Part shown: positions 60,271-64,000 of the stretch, one piece after another
How positions within the stretch are numbered: the stretch's first letter is position 1
Layout: the number at the start of each line of letters is the position of its first letter
Source: an uncultured Gemmatimonadaceae bacterium
Lineage (GTDB): Bacteria; Gemmatimonadota; Gemmatimonadetes; Gemmatimonadales; Gemmatimonadaceae
Length of the DNA stretch: 64,000 nucleotides
Direction: 5' to 3'
NCBI GenBank assembly: GCA_963781585.1
Contig: CAWAGQ010000011.1
Coordinates: 380,480 to 444,479, forward strand
Position numbers and translations under genes: made by a program
The notes under the pieces: generated by a model
Seen by the model: the letters and a program-made list of their open reading frames with translations, nothing else
The model's database searches: none
What the model was told of the DNA's origin: nothing

Positions 60271-60282
60271 GCTGTCTCCGCC

Positions 60283-60657
60283 CTACTTCGAGACCACCCA
60301 GATCGTCTCGTGCACGTCCGTTCCCCAGCGAATCTGCGCCTCGGCCTCCGACAGGAGGTGGATCTCCTTGACCCTGGTGGCCTCGATGTCATTGAGGCGG
60401 CTGAAGTTGCCGAAGAGTTTGTTATCCAGGTAGACAGGCACCTTCCGCCAGTTGGGCCGCAGTTGAATGACAATGTCACCGGCGCTCGAGAACTGTCCGG
60501 CCGCAATCTCCTCCTGGGAGATGACGTTTGCTCGCCGCTGGATTGTCGTCCGCGCCGCACTCGTGGAGACGCCACCGCTGGTCGTCGATGTGGAACTGCT
60601 GCTCGTGCAGCCAGCAACCGTGACCGTGATTCCAACTGCCCACAGCAGTCTGCGCAT
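60283..60657 (-). CDS. Small lipoprotein with TonB-plug-like domain
   Basis: Lipobox VAGC, Ser/Thr linker, VISQEEI, LRPNW, VYLDN, VKEI, IRWG. Confidence 0.6.
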   Translation of the reverse strand: MRRLLWAVGITVTVAGCTSSSSTSTTSGGVSTSAARTTIQRRANVISQEEIAAGQFSSAGDIVIQLRPNWRKVPVYLDNKLFGNFSRLNDIEATRVKEIHLLSEAEAQIRWGTDVHETIWVVSK

Positions 60658-60795
60658 GGATTGAATCCCTCCGGAGAATACGACCCACTTCGGAAACGTC
60701 TCCCGCCCGGCCGCGTATGTCGCGCCCGTGTGTGTCGGTGCCCCCCAATCCCAATCTGTCCTCGCGGCCTGCGTGCTGCGAGGTCGTGAGCCCCG

Positions 60796-62571
60796 TCAGG
60801 CATCGCGGCGGCGTGACGCATGCGCGGCACGCGCGAGATACACCACCAGAAAGAGAACGCTCCCGATACTCACCCCCAGTTTCAACGCGAGGGGCGCACG
60901 ACTGGTTGAAATGAGACCCTCCACCGTACCCGCCAGGAGCAGCAACACCACCGCGGTCGCCACCAGGGCCATCGCCTCCCGCCCGCGTACCACCAGCGCG
61001 TCCCGTCGCGTGAGTTCGCCAGGCGCAACGATCGCGCGACCCAGGATCAGCCCTGCCGCCCCCGCCACCCAGATGGCGAACAGCTCGAGAACGCCGTGCC
61101 CCGCCACGAACGTCCACAGGTAGCCCAGCAGCCCGCGGTTGGCGTAATGGCCCGATGCAGCGCCGATCATCGCGCCGTTGACCGCCAGGGCCACGAGCGA
61201 TCCGACGCCTAACAGCACACCGCTGGCGAAGCAGATGAAGGCGACCTGCACGTTGTTCGTGATGATGGACGCTGCGATCATCGGCCGGGCGGCGGCCACC
61301 GTCTCAGCGTACCCCACGCCGCTCTTGCGCATCTGCACACCTTCATCGGCGCGCTGCAGCAGCGACAGAGGAAGCAGTTGCTCGGCCAGCGCCGGACGCT
61401 GGCGGAGCATGACGAACCCGCCGCCCGCCGGAATCGCGAACGCCAGAAAGGCCACAAGAACGTATCGACGCGCCCGAACCACCGCCGCGGGCGCGTCCAC
61501 CGCGAAGAACCGCCAGACCAGCGACCAGGTCTTCCGTTCGTCGCGGTAGAGCGCGTTATGACCTGCGGCGACCGCGCGCTCGAGCTGAAGGATGACCGCC
61601 GGATTCGCCTGGTACGTGCGGGCCCGCGCCAGGTCGGCGGCGACCTCGCGATAACGCCGGGCAAAATCCGGAAGCTCTTCGGCCCCCAGGGAATCGAGGC
61701 CGCTCCTGGCGGCGCGGTCGGCCAATGCCTGGAACGTCCCCCATCGCTCGCGCTTCATGGCGACCAGCCGCTCGCCGAGCGCGGTGACGCGTCGTCGCCC
61801 TCCGCCTGCCGAGGCACCCGCCACGCCGAAGCGACCGCGCCGGCGGGCACTCTCGCTTCGGTACAGATCGCCGAGAAAACGGACGTCCGAGCCTGTGGTG
61901 CGCGGAACGCGCGACGCGAAACGGGCCGCGAGGCCGGCCGCCAGGCGGGCGCGCGTCTCCGGCGCCAGTCCGCGAGCCCGCTCGTCGAACTCGCGCACCA
62001 CGCGGTACTCCTCGTCCGTGAGCTGCGGCGCCGCGGTCTCGGCTTCGGGTGCCGCGGGAGCGGCCGGGGTCTCGAGGAAGGATTCCGCCGGCCGGTCGCG
62101 CACAACCACGGTACCCGCCACCATGTCGCCAAGCCGCTTGGCGCGCGGCGTGAGGACAATCAGGATCGCGCCAAGGAGGTAGGGCGGCGGCAGAAGATCG
62201 ATGATGCGAATCAGATTGCGCGCGGCCGCGTCGCGAAAGGTCACGGGATGGCCGCTCTCGCGCATGACTCGTATGCCGGCGAGGCGCTTCCCCGGCGTCT
62301 GCCCGTTCCGGAATCCCTCGAAGAACGCGAAGTAGCCCCAGAGGAGCAGAAAGGCGCCCACGATGAGGGCGATGAACGCCACACCCGGTATGAAGCGCGA
62401 GAGCAGCACCACCGCGCCCACGAGCGCGGCGAAGAGCCCCAGGATGATGAGGAAGTCGATGACAGCCGCGAGCCCCCGGCTCCCCAGGCCGGCGATCTCA
62501 TAGTCGACGACGACATGCTCGGGGGTTTCGACTTCGAGGTGCTGGCGAAAATCGAGCGAGGTGGACGGCAC
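60796..62571 (-). CDS. RDD domain-SpoIIM (DUF95) fusion membrane protein
   Basis: ETPE, RGLAAVID, GQTPGK, RNLIRIID, RLGDMVAGT; then YREVAADLA, IITNN, HGVLEL, AGTVEG. Confidence 0.85.
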   Translation of the reverse strand: MPSTSLDFRQHLEVETPEHVVVDYEIAGLGSRGLAAVIDFLIILGLFAALVGAVVLLSRFIPGVAFIALIVGAFLLLWGYFAFFEGFRNGQTPGKRLAGIRVMRESGHPVTFRDAAARNLIRIIDLLPPPYLLGAILIVLTPRAKRLGDMVAGTVVVRDRPAESFLETPAAPAAPEAETAAPQLTDEEYRVVREFDERARGLAPETRARLAAGLAARFASRVPRTTGSDVRFLGDLYRSESARRRGRFGVAGASAGGGRRRVTALGERLVAMKRERWGTFQALADRAARSGLDSLGAEELPDFARRYREVAADLARARTYQANPAVILQLERAVAAGHNALYRDERKTWSLVWRFFAVDAPAAVVRARRYVLVAFLAFAIPAGGGFVMLRQRPALAEQLLPLSLLQRADEGVQMRKSGVGYAETVAAARPMIAASIITNNVQVAFICFASGVLLGVGSLVALAVNGAMIGAASGHYANRGLLGYLWTFVAGHGVLELFAIWVAGAAGLILGRAIVAPGELTRRDALVVRGREAMALVATAVVLLLLAGTVEGLISTSRAPLALKLGVSIGSVLFLVVYLARAAHASRRRDA

Positions 62572-62750
62572 GGAGGAAGCTGTGAGCGGGCGACAGTCGG
62601 CTGTCAAGTAATGGCTGCCGGGACCGCGAACCGCGCGTGTCTCCTGCAAACTTTGCGTGATGCACGCCCGCTGCCAGCGTCTCTTCCTTCTGACGCCGCC
62701 CGCAACGACATTGGAACGCTGCCTCAGCCGCCCTCACGGAGGAGACCCCG

Positions 62751-63518
62751 ATGTCGACCCTGGTGCTCAGGCCGCTTTCCCTGGGGGAGGTGCTCGACGC
62801 CTCCCTGGCGGTGTATCGCCGCCTGTTCGTGCAGCTGCTTGGTGTGTCGTTCGCCACGCAGGCAATTCCCCTCGCGTTGGGCGCCTACATCGAAGGCGCT
62901 GGCGGCGTGCTTGTGCATCCGGCGTTCTGGATGGTGCAGACCGTGTTCGCGATCGTGGCCGGGGCTCTCGGAACGGCGACCTCGACGTTCATCGTGTCCG
63001 AGTATTATCTCGGACGAACCACCCCTACGGTCGCGGCGCTGGGGCGCGCCACGGGTTATCTGGGGCGGCTCATCCTTCTCACGATCGCCACCGGGCTCGT
63101 GGTGGGCATCGGGGTTGTGTTCCTGGTGGTTCCGGGGATCATCCTGTTCGCCGGACTCGTACTCAGCACACCGGCGCTCGTCATCGAGGACATCCCGGTG
63201 GCGACCGCCGCGATGCGCCGCTCGTGGTTCCTCACGCGCGGTTTCAAGGGCAAGATCTTTGGCGCCTACGCGCTGGCGTTCCTCCTGCTTCTGGTGCCGA
63301 CCATCGCCATCACCTGGATCGCGGCGATGACGGGGGCAGGCGGGATCGCTGCCAATCCATCGGCCGGCGCGCTCGGACTGCAGGTCATCGCGTCGTTGCT
63401 GCAGATCCTGATCTATCCGTTCATCTACGTCCTGGCGACGCTTCTCTACTACGATATGCGGGTGCGAAAAGAGGGCTTCGACCTGGAGATGCTCGCTTCG
63501 ACGCTGCAGCCGGCATGA
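62751..63518 (+). CDS. Integral membrane protein (GDPD-membrane-domain-like)
   Basis: LRPLSLGEVLD start, RRSWFL, LYYDMRVRKEGFDLE end; GGAGGAG RBS. Confidence 0.75.
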   Translation: MSTLVLRPLSLGEVLDASLAVYRRLFVQLLGVSFATQAIPLALGAYIEGAGGVLVHPAFWMVQTVFAIVAGALGTATSTFIVSEYYLGRTTPTVAALGRATGYLGRLILLTIATGLVVGIGVVFLVVPGIILFAGLVLSTPALVIEDIPVATAAMRRSWFLTRGFKGKIFGAYALAFLLLLVPTIAITWIAAMTGAGGIAANPSAGALGLQVIASLLQILIYPFIYVLATLLYYDMRVRKEGFDLEMLASTLQPA

Positions 63519-64000
63519 CGCCGGCGCTGCTCGCGCAGCGCGGCGCGCCGCCAGACGACCGGCTGCGCGCCGTCATCGATTCGGTATTCGCCCGGCCCGC
63601 GTACAACTGGCAACAGCCGATCGATCCGTTCGCTCCCCTGCGCCGTCTCTGGCTCTGGCTCGTCCGCCTGTTCCAGACGCTACGCGCGGAGAATCCCTCG
63701 CTGTACTGGATCATCGTGGTTGCCGTGCTGGTCATCCTGCTGGCGATCCTCGCACATGCGTTCTTCGTCACGTATCAGACCGTCCGCGCAGATGCCGGGA
63801 CCGAGGTGACCGGCAACCAGACGCGGGTGGAGATCCGCGACGCCGCCTGGTACGGGCGCGAGGCGGCCCGGCTGGCGAACGCCGGTCACTACGCCGAAGC
63901 GATCCAGGCCGACTTCCTGCGCCTGGTGCTCCAGCTGGACGCGCGCCGCGTCGTGCACTTCCATCCGAGCCGCACACCTGGCGAGTACGTGCGTGAAACG
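63515..64000 (+). CDS. DUF4129-like membrane protein, 3' end outside window (absent from the ORF track)
   Basis: ATGA overlap; translates MTPALLAQ..TM..AGHYAEAIQADFLRLVLQLD..SRTPGEYVRE. Confidence 0.7.
   Translation, partial: MTPALLAQRGAPPDDRLRAVIDSVFARPAYNWQQPIDPFAPLRRLWLWLVRLFQTLRAENPSLYWIIVVAVLVILLAILAHAFFVTYQTVRADAGTEVTGNQTRVEIRDAAWYGREAARLANAGHYAEAIQADFLRLVLQLDARRVVHFHPSRTPGEYVRET

Overview
High-GC bacterial chromosomal segment. The gene content and style resemble Gemmatimonadota, but that is inference only. From left to right: (1) the end of a Tad/Flp pilus operon (cpaE, tadA, tadB, tadC and a frameshifted tadG-like gene); (2) a ~23 kb surface-glycosylation island (5.2-28.1 kb) with ten predicted GT-C-type polytopic glycosyltransferases from four families (six of them paralogues of one GT87-like family), three polyprenyl-phosphate GT2 enzymes, a UbiA-type decaprenyl-phosphate phosphoribosyltransferase, a methyltransferase, and a decayed sulfatase-like gene split by an IS5 remnant missing both ends; (3) housekeeping and accessory genes (CocE/NonD hydrolase, ABC permease, split xanthine-dehydrogenase-family genes, M23 peptidase, YhbY, Ca2+/H+ antiporter, ferredoxin, HAD, RNase D, GHL10, SufT, serine hydrolase, ECF sigma/anti-sigma/PDZ, matrixin); (4) a complete IS110 element whose bridge-RNA guides, CT core and target (a 9-mer-periodic palindromic repeat) can be read directly from the sequence; (5) an arsR-arsM-acr3-arsC operon with two operator palindromes; (6) queG, an LTA-synthase-like gene and the start of an RDD/SpoIIM-DUF4129 locus. 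Intergenic regions carry 6-, 7- and 9-mer degenerate tandem/palindromic repeat families. No rRNA, tRNA or CRISPR array was seen. All functional calls come from motif recognition by eye; no database search was run.
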